Origin: Patescibacteria group bacterium
GTDB taxonomy: Bacteria; Patescibacteriota; Patescibacteriia; GWA2-46-9
Direction of reading: 5' to 3'
DNA length: 52,514 nucleotides
Assembly: GCA_041675205.1 (NCBI GenBank)
Contig: JBAYUF010000002.1
Location: 134,568 to 187,081 of the forward strand
Part shown: positions 1-8,633 of the stretch, one piece after another
Numbering within the stretch: position 1 is the stretch's first letter
Layout: the number at the start of each line of letters is the position of its first letter
Translations under genes and position numbers: made by a program
Notes under the pieces: generated by a model
The model's input: the letters and a program-made list of their open reading frames with translations, nothing else
What the model was told of the DNA's origin: nothing
The model's database searches: none

Positions 1-774
1 TTGGTGCGTGCGTTTCTGGGTGTGACTCTTGTAGGTATTGGTGACGCTGTGCAACAACTTCGTAAATACAAAGACGACTATGAATTGGAAAAGTTGCAGC
101 GAGCCATTGCGGCAACTGATGCGGTTTATAAAAAAACGGTTTTATGGCTTCGGACGTTAAAAAAGAAACGGAAGCTTCCCACCGAACTTGGCGTTGCTCA
201 TTATGTTCAGACCTTGGCACACGACATTCCCGGTGGTGGACTAGCCTTTCCGACAATTGTCGCAGCCGGAAAGCATGCAGCGCGGCCGCATCATGAGCCA
301 ACAGCAGCACGTTTGCAGCTTGGTCAGGAGGTGATTATTGATCTCGGCGTAAAGCTGGTAGGGTACCATGCCGATATGTCTCGGACTGTGTATCTCGGGG
401 AACCAACTACGGCGCAGCGTCACCGCTACGAAACATGCCTCAAGGCGCAAACAGCGGCGCTTACCTACCTTCGGCGTGGTGGGCGTCTGGCCGCGAAGGC
501 AGACGCAATTGCTCGGGTTATTATTGATGAAGTCTATCCCGGGGCTTTTGGTCATTCACTTGGACATGGCGTTGGATTAGAAGTTCATGAAGCGCCAACA
601 CTGAGTACTGGTAGTCGTGACATATTAAAAAACGGTATGGTTTTTTCTGTTGAGCCGGGTATATATGAAACTAATAAAGGCGGCGTGCGGATTGAAGACT
701 TAGCCACGGTGACAAGTAGTGGCGTGACCGTATTGAGCCGCTCCCCGAAGACAATAAAAGCGAGTATCTTGTAG
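1..774 (+). CDS. Xaa-Pro aminopeptidase / M24 family peptidase (probably 5'-truncated by the window edge)
   Basis: M24B metal-ligand motifs: IDLG..GYHADMSRT, FGHSLGHGVGLEVHE, FSVEPGIY, GGVRIED. Confidence 0.9.
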   Translation: MVRAFLGVTLVGIGDAVQQLRKYKDDYELEKLQRAIAATDAVYKKTVLWLRTLKKKRKLPTELGVAHYVQTLAHDIPGGGLAFPTIVAAGKHAARPHHEPTAARLQLGQEVIIDLGVKLVGYHADMSRTVYLGEPTTAQRHRYETCLKAQTAALTYLRRGGRLAAKADAIARVIIDEVYPGAFGHSLGHGVGLEVHEAPTLSTGSRDILKNGMVFSVEPGIYETNKGGVRIEDLATVTSSGVTVLSRSPKTIKASIL

Positions 775-776
775 AT

Positions 777-1364
777 ATGATTGCGTACGTCGAAGGAACA
801 ATTATTAGTAAGACTGGCACGACACTCGTCGTTGTTGTGCAGGGTATTGGGTATAGAATATTCGCTACGCAAGCCACTATTTTGACTGTGGCAGTTAATG
901 ACACAATCGCGCTTTATACACATCAGTATGTTCGAGAAGATGCGCTAGAGCTGTATGGGTTTGAACGGTCGGAAGAGCAGGCCATGTTTGTAACCCTCAT
1001 TGGGGTAACGGGCGTCGGTCCAAAGAGTGCCCTCGGTATATTGTCGACCACCGTGCCAGAACAGTTGCGGAATGCGGTGGTGACCGGTGACATCGCAGTG
1101 TTAACGAAAGTTTCGGGCATTGGTCGTAAAACCGCTGAACGATTACTGCTTGAATTGAAAGATACGTTTGCTGCTGAAGAGCGGGCAGTACCAACCGCAG
1201 CAGGTTTTGCCATTGGTGACGGTGAAGTACTAGAAGCACTGGAGCGTCTCGGTTACCGCCTAGCCGATGCGCGTGCCGCACTCGAGGCCGTTCCGAAGAC
1301 TTTGACCGATTCTGTTGAGCGATTGAAGGCAGCGTTAAAGCAGTTAGGAGCAAGTCGGTCGTAA
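777..1364 (+). CDS. ruvA: Holliday junction branch migration protein RuvA
   Basis: MIAYVEG start, REDALELYGF, GVGPKSALGILS and SGIGRKTAERLLLEL helix-hairpin-helix motifs. Confidence 0.97.
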   Translation: MIAYVEGTIISKTGTTLVVVVQGIGYRIFATQATILTVAVNDTIALYTHQYVREDALELYGFERSEEQAMFVTLIGVTGVGPKSALGILSTTVPEQLRNAVVTGDIAVLTKVSGIGRKTAERLLLELKDTFAAEERAVPTAAGFAIGDGEVLEALERLGYRLADARAALEAVPKTLTDSVERLKAALKQLGASRS

Positions 1365-1366
1365 GT

Positions 1367-2419
1367 ATGGATACACGAAAGATAGATGATGCCGGCGTTT
1401 GGGACTACTGGATGAAGCACGCACGTTGTAGCCAACTCACGCAGTCGTGGGGGTGGGGCGTTTTTCAACAGACCCTCGGGCATCAGGTAACACGATTGCA
1501 GATTGTTGAGGGCGACACTGTGTTGGCGGGCCTGCAGCTTGTATCGCAGCCGCTGCCACTTGGAAAGCAATATCTCTACGCGCCGCGTGGTCCGCACATG
1601 TTGGCTGACGACGAGAGCACGGCGGAAAGTATTATGCACCACTGCGTTCGAGGCATTAGTTTGGCGGCTAAAGAGCAGCAGGCAGTTTTTTCTCGGCTGG
1701 AGGCACATGGACAACCGTGGGTGGACGTCTCGTTGTCCGCAACAGCAAATCTTGTGCCTACGAAATCAGTTCAGCCCGCCGATGAACTTCATGTGCTAAC
1801 AACGACAGACGAAGATGGCTTACTGGCTGCAATGCAAGAGAAGACACGATACAATATTCACCTTGCCGAGCGGCGCGGTGTTCATGGGCGACTCATTGAA
1901 GACTTGAGTTACGCACATCGTGTTTTCCCATTCTTTGTGAAGCTTTTGCAGCAGACAGCTAAGCGGCAGGGAATTCGCCCGCATGACACACTGTACTATC
2001 GTCGCATGATTGACATACTTTTGCCGCGTGGAGAAGTAAAATTGTATGTGGCGGAGTATGACAACCAGATTATCGTAGCGAATATTCTGGGACTGTTTGG
2101 TGACACGGTTACCTATCTCCACGGTGCTTCTAGTTACGAACACCGGTCACTCATGGCACCGTACTTACTGCACTGGGAGGGTATTCGTCATGCGAAGCGT
2201 TCAGGGTATGCTCGCTACAATTTTGGTGGGGTTAGCCCGGAAGGCGCTGAAGCGCACGCGTGGGCGAACCTAACTCGTTTCAAGGAAGGATTCGCAACGA
2301 TTGGGAAAACCGGTGAACGAGTTCATTATCCGCAAGCCGTTGATTTGGTCCACCAACGTTTTTGGTATAGGATGTACGCCACGTCACGAGATATTCGTCG
2401 GCGGCTCAGAAGGAAGTAG
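1367..2419 (+). CDS. FemAB/FemX family peptidoglycan interpeptide-bridge aminoacyltransferase
   Basis: QSWGWG, YAPRGP, KTRYNIHLAERRGV, YLHGASS, YNFGG and LTRFKEGF motifs. Confidence 0.9.
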   Translation: MDTRKIDDAGVWDYWMKHARCSQLTQSWGWGVFQQTLGHQVTRLQIVEGDTVLAGLQLVSQPLPLGKQYLYAPRGPHMLADDESTAESIMHHCVRGISLAAKEQQAVFSRLEAHGQPWVDVSLSATANLVPTKSVQPADELHVLTTTDEDGLLAAMQEKTRYNIHLAERRGVHGRLIEDLSYAHRVFPFFVKLLQQTAKRQGIRPHDTLYYRRMIDILLPRGEVKLYVAEYDNQIIVANILGLFGDTVTYLHGASSYEHRSLMAPYLLHWEGIRHAKRSGYARYNFGGVSPEGAEAHAWANLTRFKEGFATIGKTGERVHYPQAVDLVHQRFWYRMYATSRDIRRRLRRK

Positions 2420-2433
2420 TTTTTGTTTCCATA

Positions 2434-2524
2434 GTTTCCGCCTCCGGCGGACAATAAAATACCCCGCACCTTTCTTTTGCCCTCGTAGTTTCCGCCAAAG
2501 GCGGATCCGCCCTTGGCGGACAAT
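2434..2524 (+). repeat. Two copies of a CCGCC/GGCGG palindromic (REP-like) element
   Basis: gtttccgcctccggcggacaat (~2434-2455) and gtttccgccaaaggcggatccgcccttggcggacaat (2488-2524); related copies at 25883-25916, 51541-51556 and 51636-51668. Confidence 0.8.
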
Positions 2525-2545
2525 GCACATTTGTAGCATACCCTT

Positions 2546-2617
2546 GCTCCCATAGTTCAACGGATAGAACGTGGGTTTCCGGAACCTAAGATGGGGGTTC
2601 GATTCCCTCTGGGAGCA
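2546..2617 (+). tRNA. tRNA-Arg(CCG), CCA not encoded
   Basis: Cloverleaf GCTCCCA/TGGGAGC, anticodon loop TTCCGGA, T-loop GGTTCGATTCC. Confidence 0.95.
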
Positions 2618-2658
2618 GAGATATGCTAACAATGTGTTTCCGGTATACTTAGCTGTAT

Positions 2659-3012
2659 ATGAATTTAGACAGCGCCGTGTTTTACACTGAGGATATTGAG
2701 AAAGCCACTCGATTTTATCGAGACGTTTTGGATTTTACTATTGAACAGCAACAGGCGGACAAGTACGTTTCTTTTATTTTTCCCAATAACGCACGTTTAG
2801 GTATTAAGAAAAAAATAGAAACAAGAGAAATTCCGGGAGCGCAAACAGTATTTATTTCTTTAGAACAAGGTATTGAAGAGTTGTATGACAGTTTGAAGCA
2901 GAAAAAAATAATCATACACAAAGAACTTGTGCTTGAAGATTGGGGTAAGAACTTCAGCATTTTAGACCTCGACGAGAATAAAGTTCAGTTTGTTCAAAAG
3001 CAGACAAAGTAA
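2659..3012 (+). CDS. VOC/glyoxalase family protein
   Basis: DIEKATRFYRDVLDF and EDWGKNFSILDLDENKVQF fold pattern. Confidence 0.85.
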   Translation: MNLDSAVFYTEDIEKATRFYRDVLDFTIEQQQADKYVSFIFPNNARLGIKKKIETREIPGAQTVFISLEQGIEELYDSLKQKKIIIHKELVLEDWGKNFSILDLDENKVQFVQKQTK

Positions 3013-3096
3013 ATTTTTTGTTCTTCAAAACCGCTGGCTAACGCCAGTTCTTTTGTTTTTTGGTACCCTTGTCTAGGAATATAATTTAGCAATTTC

Positions 3097-4443
3097 ATGC
3101 TACTACACCGCATAAAATCTCTTGCTCGTCGCTGGCTGCCTCGTGCTGTATTTCAAGGCTACCATCACGGTATGGCCTTGTTTGCAGCAGGGTGGTATGG
3201 GTGGCCCTCTGAAAAACTCATTGTCATTGGGGTTACCGGCACCAAAGGGAAATCAACCACGGCAAACATAATTGCTCAGTTATTAGAATCAGCTGGCCAG
3301 GTTGTCGGCCTGACGTCGACTGCCACAATGAAGGTTGGTCCAACAGAGTGGTTGTCGCAAACGGGCATGACCATGCCTGGCCGATTTGCTCTGCAGCGTA
3401 TGTTGCGTGATATGCACCGGGCTGGTTGCACGTATGCAGTCATAGAAACTTCATCTGAAGGTATCGCTCAGTATCGTCATAGCGGCATACATTACGACTG
3501 TGTGCTACTGACGAACTTGTTTCCAGAGCATCTAGAATCGCACGGTTCTTATGAAGCGTATCGAGCAGCGAAAGGGAAATTGTTTCAACATCTACACCGC
3601 AGTCGTCCGAAGAAGATTAATGGCAGAACAATTTCGCAGCATACGGTTCTCAATGCCGACGATAAAGAATTTTCATTCTATCGGGAGCTTGCTGCAGGTA
3701 CCTTCTGGTCTTTTGGGGTAGGGAATGGGCAAGAGCTAACAGACGAGCATCGGTTGTCGTATCGGACAATGTCGCTCGACGCAAAAGGCGCAACCATTTT
3801 ACTCGGTGGCCAGATGGCGCAGTCGCCATTTCTTTTTGGTTTCAATGTAGAAAACGTTGCAGCGGCAGCGCTTGTCTGTCTGGCATTCGGTTTTAGCTGG
3901 CCAAGTATTGTCACAGGCATTGCGGCTTTAAAACCAGTTCCCGGCAGGCAAGAGTTTATTCAGTGTGGTCAGCCCTTTCTGGTTATGATTGACTACACAC
4001 ACGAGCCAACGTCTATGCGAGCACTCTATCGACATCTTGCCGTTCTGTCTCATAAGCGGGTACTGCAAATAATCGGGCCGACTGGTGGTGGTCGGGATCG
4101 TTGGCGGCGTCCTGTTATGGGCGAAGTTGCTGCTGCGCACGCAGATGTCGTGATTAGCACAACTGATGACCCCTATGACGACGACCCGGCCGTGCTCGCT
4201 GACGAATTATTGGCTGGTGCAGTGAAAGTGCAGCAACAAGGCCGCAGCGTGGTGCTTGAGAAAATAGTAGATCGTCGCGCCGCTATTGCCCGGGCCTTTG
4301 CGTTAGCTGCGCCAGGGGACCTCGTGCTCATATCTGGTCGTGGTGCCGAACAAACTATGGCAGTGGCGAATGGTGTCCGATTACAATGGGACGATCGCGT
4401 GGTGGCTAGTGAGGAACTGGGCAAGCTTGGTTATCGGGCATAA
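3097..4443 (+). CDS. murE: UDP-N-acetylmuramyl-tripeptide synthetase (Mur ligase)
   Basis: GVTGTKGKSTT P-loop, ETSSEG, TNLFPEHLE, VPGRQE, DYTHEP, GGGRD, DDPYDDD. Confidence 0.9.
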   Translation: MLLHRIKSLARRWLPRAVFQGYHHGMALFAAGWYGWPSEKLIVIGVTGTKGKSTTANIIAQLLESAGQVVGLTSTATMKVGPTEWLSQTGMTMPGRFALQRMLRDMHRAGCTYAVIETSSEGIAQYRHSGIHYDCVLLTNLFPEHLESHGSYEAYRAAKGKLFQHLHRSRPKKINGRTISQHTVLNADDKEFSFYRELAAGTFWSFGVGNGQELTDEHRLSYRTMSLDAKGATILLGGQMAQSPFLFGFNVENVAAAALVCLAFGFSWPSIVTGIAALKPVPGRQEFIQCGQPFLVMIDYTHEPTSMRALYRHLAVLSHKRVLQIIGPTGGGRDRWRRPVMGEVAAAHADVVISTTDDPYDDDPAVLADELLAGAVKVQQQGRSVVLEKIVDRRAAIARAFALAAPGDLVLISGRGAEQTMAVANGVRLQWDDRVVASEELGKLGYRA

Positions 4444-4497
4444 ACTATACGTAGTCTTATCTGAGATCTGCCGTTAAATAATTCATAATTTCATCGC

Positions 4498-5091
4498 ATG
4501 CCTCTTTTTAAAAGGAAACGAGTACCAACCAGCCGTGTTTATCCGCTCCAATTTCGAAAGATTTGGAAGAAACTATTGACGCTTGAGATGGGTGTAGGGA
4601 AGGAAGCACATCGTATGTGGCGTTCAATCTTCGGTACCTTGTTTATCGTTGCTGCTATCTTTGCGCTCATCATAGCTGCAACACCACAGTCGGTAGCACC
4701 AAACTACCTTTTGCTACTCTCGCCTTTTGCCGCTGTATTTTTTTGCATGCTGTTTCTTATCATCATCTATCAGTGGCTGTATATTTGGACCTATTTTTAT
4801 GACCTTGACGAACATTTTCTTCGGGTTCGAAAAGGTGTCCTCATCCGTCGCGAAGTGAGCGTTCCGTATAACCGCATTCATGACATATACTTTGACCAAG
4901 ACCCATTGGATCACATTTTAAATCTGTACGATTTATACGTCGCAACGGCATCGGAAATTTCTCACACTGAAACGCATATTGATGGACTAAGCCGGCAGAA
5001 TGGGGAAGCGGTACGGAACCTACTTCTGGAGAAAGTGGAAAAGTCTCGTGGCGGAGCTCCAGACAGGCCAAATTCTGGACTTGACAGCTGA
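4498..5091 (+). CDS. Membrane protein with bacterial PH (bPH_2/YdbS-like) domain
   Basis: Two TM segments, then LRVRKGVLIRREVSVPYNRIHDIYFDQDPL. Confidence 0.8.
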   Translation: MPLFKRKRVPTSRVYPLQFRKIWKKLLTLEMGVGKEAHRMWRSIFGTLFIVAAIFALIIAATPQSVAPNYLLLLSPFAAVFFCMLFLIIIYQWLYIWTYFYDLDEHFLRVRKGVLIRREVSVPYNRIHDIYFDQDPLDHILNLYDLYVATASEISHTETHIDGLSRQNGEAVRNLLLEKVEKSRGGAPDRPNSGLDS

Positions 5092-5222
5092 AAAACAGTC
5101 TGGTACGGTGCTCACACTTTCAACCCGTCTTTCGGGCATGTTTTTTTGCGATTTTTGTTACACCGTGGTGCTTCATAGTAATAGGTAGTGCACTCTTCCC
5201 GTTCTCGGGAGGGGGTTTTTTG
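5081..5222 (+). promoter_or_regulatory. rpoB promoter and leader with two terminator-like hairpins and a 16-codon uORF (5138-5188)
   Basis: TTGACA at ~5081 with TACGGT -10; cccg-tcttt-cggg+T run; ctcttcccg-ttct-cgggaggggg+T run; ATG5138..TAG5188 encodes MFFCDFCYTVVLHSNR. Confidence 0.5.
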
Positions 5223-5265
5223 TTTCCACCTGCCCGCTTACTTATTTTTTAACTGCCAGCGTCCC

Positions 5266-8200
5266 ATGGCACACCCACCACGCAAACGTTTCGGCGTCAT
5301 TCGTGAGGCTACCCCCCTTCCTGATCTCACGGCCATTCAGAAACAATCGTACGATTGGTTCTTGCGCGAGGGGTTACGCGAACTGTTCGATGAAGTAAGT
5401 CCTATCCAGGACTTCACTGGTCGTGATTTAGAACTTGCCTTCACCGATTATTATCTCGATGAAGCGAAGTTCGATGAAATTACGAGCCGCGAAAAGAACG
5501 TTACCTTTGAAGCGCCGCTTCGTGTGAAAGCGAAGCTCACGAACCGACGGACGTCGGAAGTGAAAGAGCAAGAAATTTATTTGGGTGATTTTCCAGTTAT
5601 GACACCACGAGGGACGTTCGTGGTGAACGGCATTGAACGGGTGGTCGTTTCACAGATGATTCGGTCGGCGGGTGTATTTTTTACTTCAGAATTTGTCCGT
5701 GGTCGTCGGTTGTATGGGGCGAAGGTCATTCCAAACCGTGGGGCATGGTTGGAAATGGAAACAGACGCCGCCGGTGTGGCCTGGGTGAAGATTGATAGAA
5801 AGCGAAAAGTAGCCGTAACCTCTTTGTTACGGTCTTTTGGCTATGGCACGGATGATCAAATCAGAGCGCTGTTCCAAGATGAGCTCGTACAGCCATATCT
5901 TGAAGCGACGTTAGCAAAAGATATTGCCACAAACGAAGATGAAGGGGTGATTGAAGTGTATAAGCGGATTCGACCAGGGGACCTCGCTACCACCGAGAAC
6001 GCTCGGACACTCATTCAATCGATGTTCTTCCGGTTTGATCGCTACGACTTTGGTCGTGTCGGTCGTCATAAATTGAACATGCGTTTTGGAATTGATGTTC
6101 CGAACGACAAAGCGCACCGCGTTCTTCGCAAAGAAGACCTCGTTATGATTGTGAACGAGATTATGCGGTTGAATGCGACACAAGAAGAAGCAGACGACAT
6201 TGACCACTTGGGGAATCGCCGCGTACGGGCAGTGGGTGAGCTGATTCAAAACCGGTTCCGTGTTGGTGTCGCTCGTATGGAGCGCATCATTCGCGACCGT
6301 ATGTCGACATTGGACATTAACGAACTGACGCCAAATAAGCTTATCAATGCACGGCCAGTTATTGGTGCCTTGAAAGAATTTTTCATGAGTTCGCAGCTGT
6401 CGCAGTTCATGGATCAAACGAACGCCCTGGCTGAGTTGGAGCACAAGCGCCGCGTGTCTGCTATGGGCCCGGGTGGTTTGTCTCGTGAGCGGGCAGGATT
6501 TGAAGTGCGTGATGTGCACCCAACGCACTACGGTCGGCTCTGTCCAATTGCCACACCAGAAGGACCGAACATTGGTCTGGTTGGACACTTGGCAAGTTAC
6601 GCACGGGTGAATGAGTACGGATTTATTGAAACACCTTTCGTTCGTGTGAAGCACGATGTGGACAATGACGCAAAAGAAACGACGGGCGAAATAGTGCGGC
6701 TTGATGTTGTTCATCCCAAAACCGGAAAAGTTATTGCCAAAGCTGGCACCACAGTAACGGCAGCACTAGCGAAAGATATTGCAGCTGTTAGTGAGGTAGA
6801 AACAGTGGCGTTGAAGCCACGCATTACGGGCGAGATTGTGTACCTCGATGCCTTTACGAACCAGCGACACACGACAACAGCGGCCACGACCCCCATTACG
6901 GAAGATGGCTATTTTGTTGAGGAAAAAGCCGAAGTACGTCGCCATGGCGAGCCGTCAGTCGAACCAGTTGAAACGATTGATTACATGGACGTTGCGCCGA
7001 ACCAAATCGTCAGTATCGGCACATCGCTCATTCCTTTCCTTGAACACGATGACGCCATTCGGGCACTCATGGGTACGAACATGCAACGGCAGGCAGTTTC
7101 TTTGGTCAATCCAGCCGCCCCGATTGTCGGTACTGGTGTTGAAGCTCGAGCCGCCCGCGATTCTGGCCACGTTGTTATTGCTGACGAAGAGGGTGAAATT
7201 GTTGAAATCGACGGACGCCACATAGTGCTCCTCGCCAAGAGCGGCAAGCGGTACGTCTATGAACTTACGAAATTTGTTCGTTCTAACGCTTCGACCTGTT
7301 TAAATCAACGTCCCATTGTTTCACTGGGTGAGAAAGTGAAGGCTGGCGAGGTGCTGGCCGATGGTCCGTCGACTGAGGGTGGTGAATTGGCATTGGGTCG
7401 TAACGTCACAGTCGCCTTCATGTGTTGGGAAGGCTATAACTATGAGGACGCTATTATTATTTCAGAGCGCCTAGTTCGTGACGACGTTTATTCGTCAATT
7501 CATATTGAGGATTACACGGTAGACGTTCGTGAAACGAAGCTTGGTCCAGAAGTTATTACGTCTGACATTCCAAACATTGGTGAAGAGAAGCTGAAAGATC
7601 TCGACGAAGAAGGTGTTGTCCGCATCGGTGCGCAAGTTTCTTCGGGGGACATCTTGGTTGGTAAAATTACACCCAAAGGAGAAACTGAACTTTCTGCTGA
7701 AGAGAAATTGCTGCGCGCCATTTTCGGTGAGAAAGCAAAAGATGTCCGTGACACATCACTATACCTTGAACATGGTGAGCACGGTAAAGTCGTGGATGTT
7801 AAAGTTTTCTCACGTGACGCAGGCGACCGTTTGCCGGCTGGCGTTATTAAGAGCATTCAGGTGAAGGTGGCAAACCTACGAAAGATTCAGGTGGGTGACA
7901 AAATGGCTGGTCGACACGGCAACAAGGGTGTGGTGTCGCGAGTTGTGCCAGTTGAAGATTTGCCGTTCCTTGAGGACGGAACACCAGTCGACATCATTCT
8001 TTCACCACTCGGTGTGGTTTCTCGTATGAACCTCGGTCAAATTCTTGAGACGCACCTTGGTATTGCGGCTGAACGACTCGGCTATCACGTAGCCACACCG
8101 GCGTTAGATGGGGTGACGGGCGAAACAATTCAAAATGAGTTAGAACGAGCCGGCCTCGCCCGTGATGGTAAGGCAGTGCTATATAACGGCCGTACCGGTG

Positions 8201-8622
8201 AACCGTTCGCGCATCGGGTAACGGTTGGTACCATTTATATGTTGAAATTGAACCACATGGTGGACGACAAGATTCATCAGCGGTCTATCGGTCCATACTC
8301 GCTTATTACGCAACAGCCGCTGGGTGGTAAGGCGCAGTTTGGTGGTCAGCGATTTGGTGAAATGGAAGTGTGGGCGCTCGAAGGGTATGGAGCCGCTCAT
8401 ACCTTGCAGGAAATCTTGACCATTAAGTCAGATGACGTGCCCGGACGTTCCAAGGCGTACGAAGCTATCATTAAGGGTGAGCCAATCCAAAAGATGAATG
8501 TGCCAGAATCCTTTAATGTGTTGGTTCGTGAACTGAAAGGACTTTGTCTTGATGTTGAGTTGCTAGACGACGAAGACAATGTCATACGGGAGTCGTCCGA
8601 GGAACCAGTTGTCGCCGCTTAA
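5266..8622 (+). CDS. rpoB: DNA-directed RNA polymerase subunit beta
   Basis: Canonical motifs (RDVHPTHYGR, GDKMAGRHGNKG, GGQRFGEMEVW). ATG 5266 preferred over the GTG 5188 of the ORF track. Confidence 0.99.
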   Translation: MAHPPRKRFGVIREATPLPDLTAIQKQSYDWFLREGLRELFDEVSPIQDFTGRDLELAFTDYYLDEAKFDEITSREKNVTFEAPLRVKAKLTNRRTSEVKEQEIYLGDFPVMTPRGTFVVNGIERVVVSQMIRSAGVFFTSEFVRGRRLYGAKVIPNRGAWLEMETDAAGVAWVKIDRKRKVAVTSLLRSFGYGTDDQIRALFQDELVQPYLEATLAKDIATNEDEGVIEVYKRIRPGDLATTENARTLIQSMFFRFDRYDFGRVGRHKLNMRFGIDVPNDKAHRVLRKEDLVMIVNEIMRLNATQEEADDIDHLGNRRVRAVGELIQNRFRVGVARMERIIRDRMSTLDINELTPNKLINARPVIGALKEFFMSSQLSQFMDQTNALAELEHKRRVSAMGPGGLSRERAGFEVRDVHPTHYGRLCPIATPEGPNIGLVGHLASYARVNEYGFIETPFVRVKHDVDNDAKETTGEIVRLDVVHPKTGKVIAKAGTTVTAALAKDIAAVSEVETVALKPRITGEIVYLDAFTNQRHTTTAATTPITEDGYFVEEKAEVRRHGEPSVEPVETIDYMDVAPNQIVSIGTSLIPFLEHDDAIRALMGTNMQRQAVSLVNPAAPIVGTGVEARAARDSGHVVIADEEGEIVEIDGRHIVLLAKSGKRYVYELTKFVRSNASTCLNQRPIVSLGEKVKAGEVLADGPSTEGGELALGRNVTVAFMCWEGYNYEDAIIISERLVRDDVYSSIHIEDYTVDVRETKLGPEVITSDIPNIGEEKLKDLDEEGVVRIGAQVSSGDILVGKITPKGETELSAEEKLLRAIFGEKAKDVRDTSLYLEHGEHGKVVDVKVFSRDAGDRLPAGVIKSIQVKVANLRKIQVGDKMAGRHGNKGVVSRVVPVEDLPFLEDGTPVDIILSPLGVVSRMNLGQILETHLGIAAERLGYHVATPALDGVTGETIQNELERAGLARDGKAVLYNGRTGEPFAHRVTVGTIYMLKLNHMVDDKIHQRSIGPYSLITQQPLGGKAQFGGQRFGEMEVWALEGYGAAHTLQEILTIKSDDVPGRSKAYEAIIKGEPIQKMNVPESFNVLVRELKGLCLDVELLDDEDNVIRESSEEPVVAA

Positions 8623-8633
8623 CCGCTACCACT

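Noticed and set aside
5188-5265. N-terminal extension of RpoB from GTG 5188
   Set aside because: It runs through a terminator-like hairpin and T tract; homology starts at ATG 5266.
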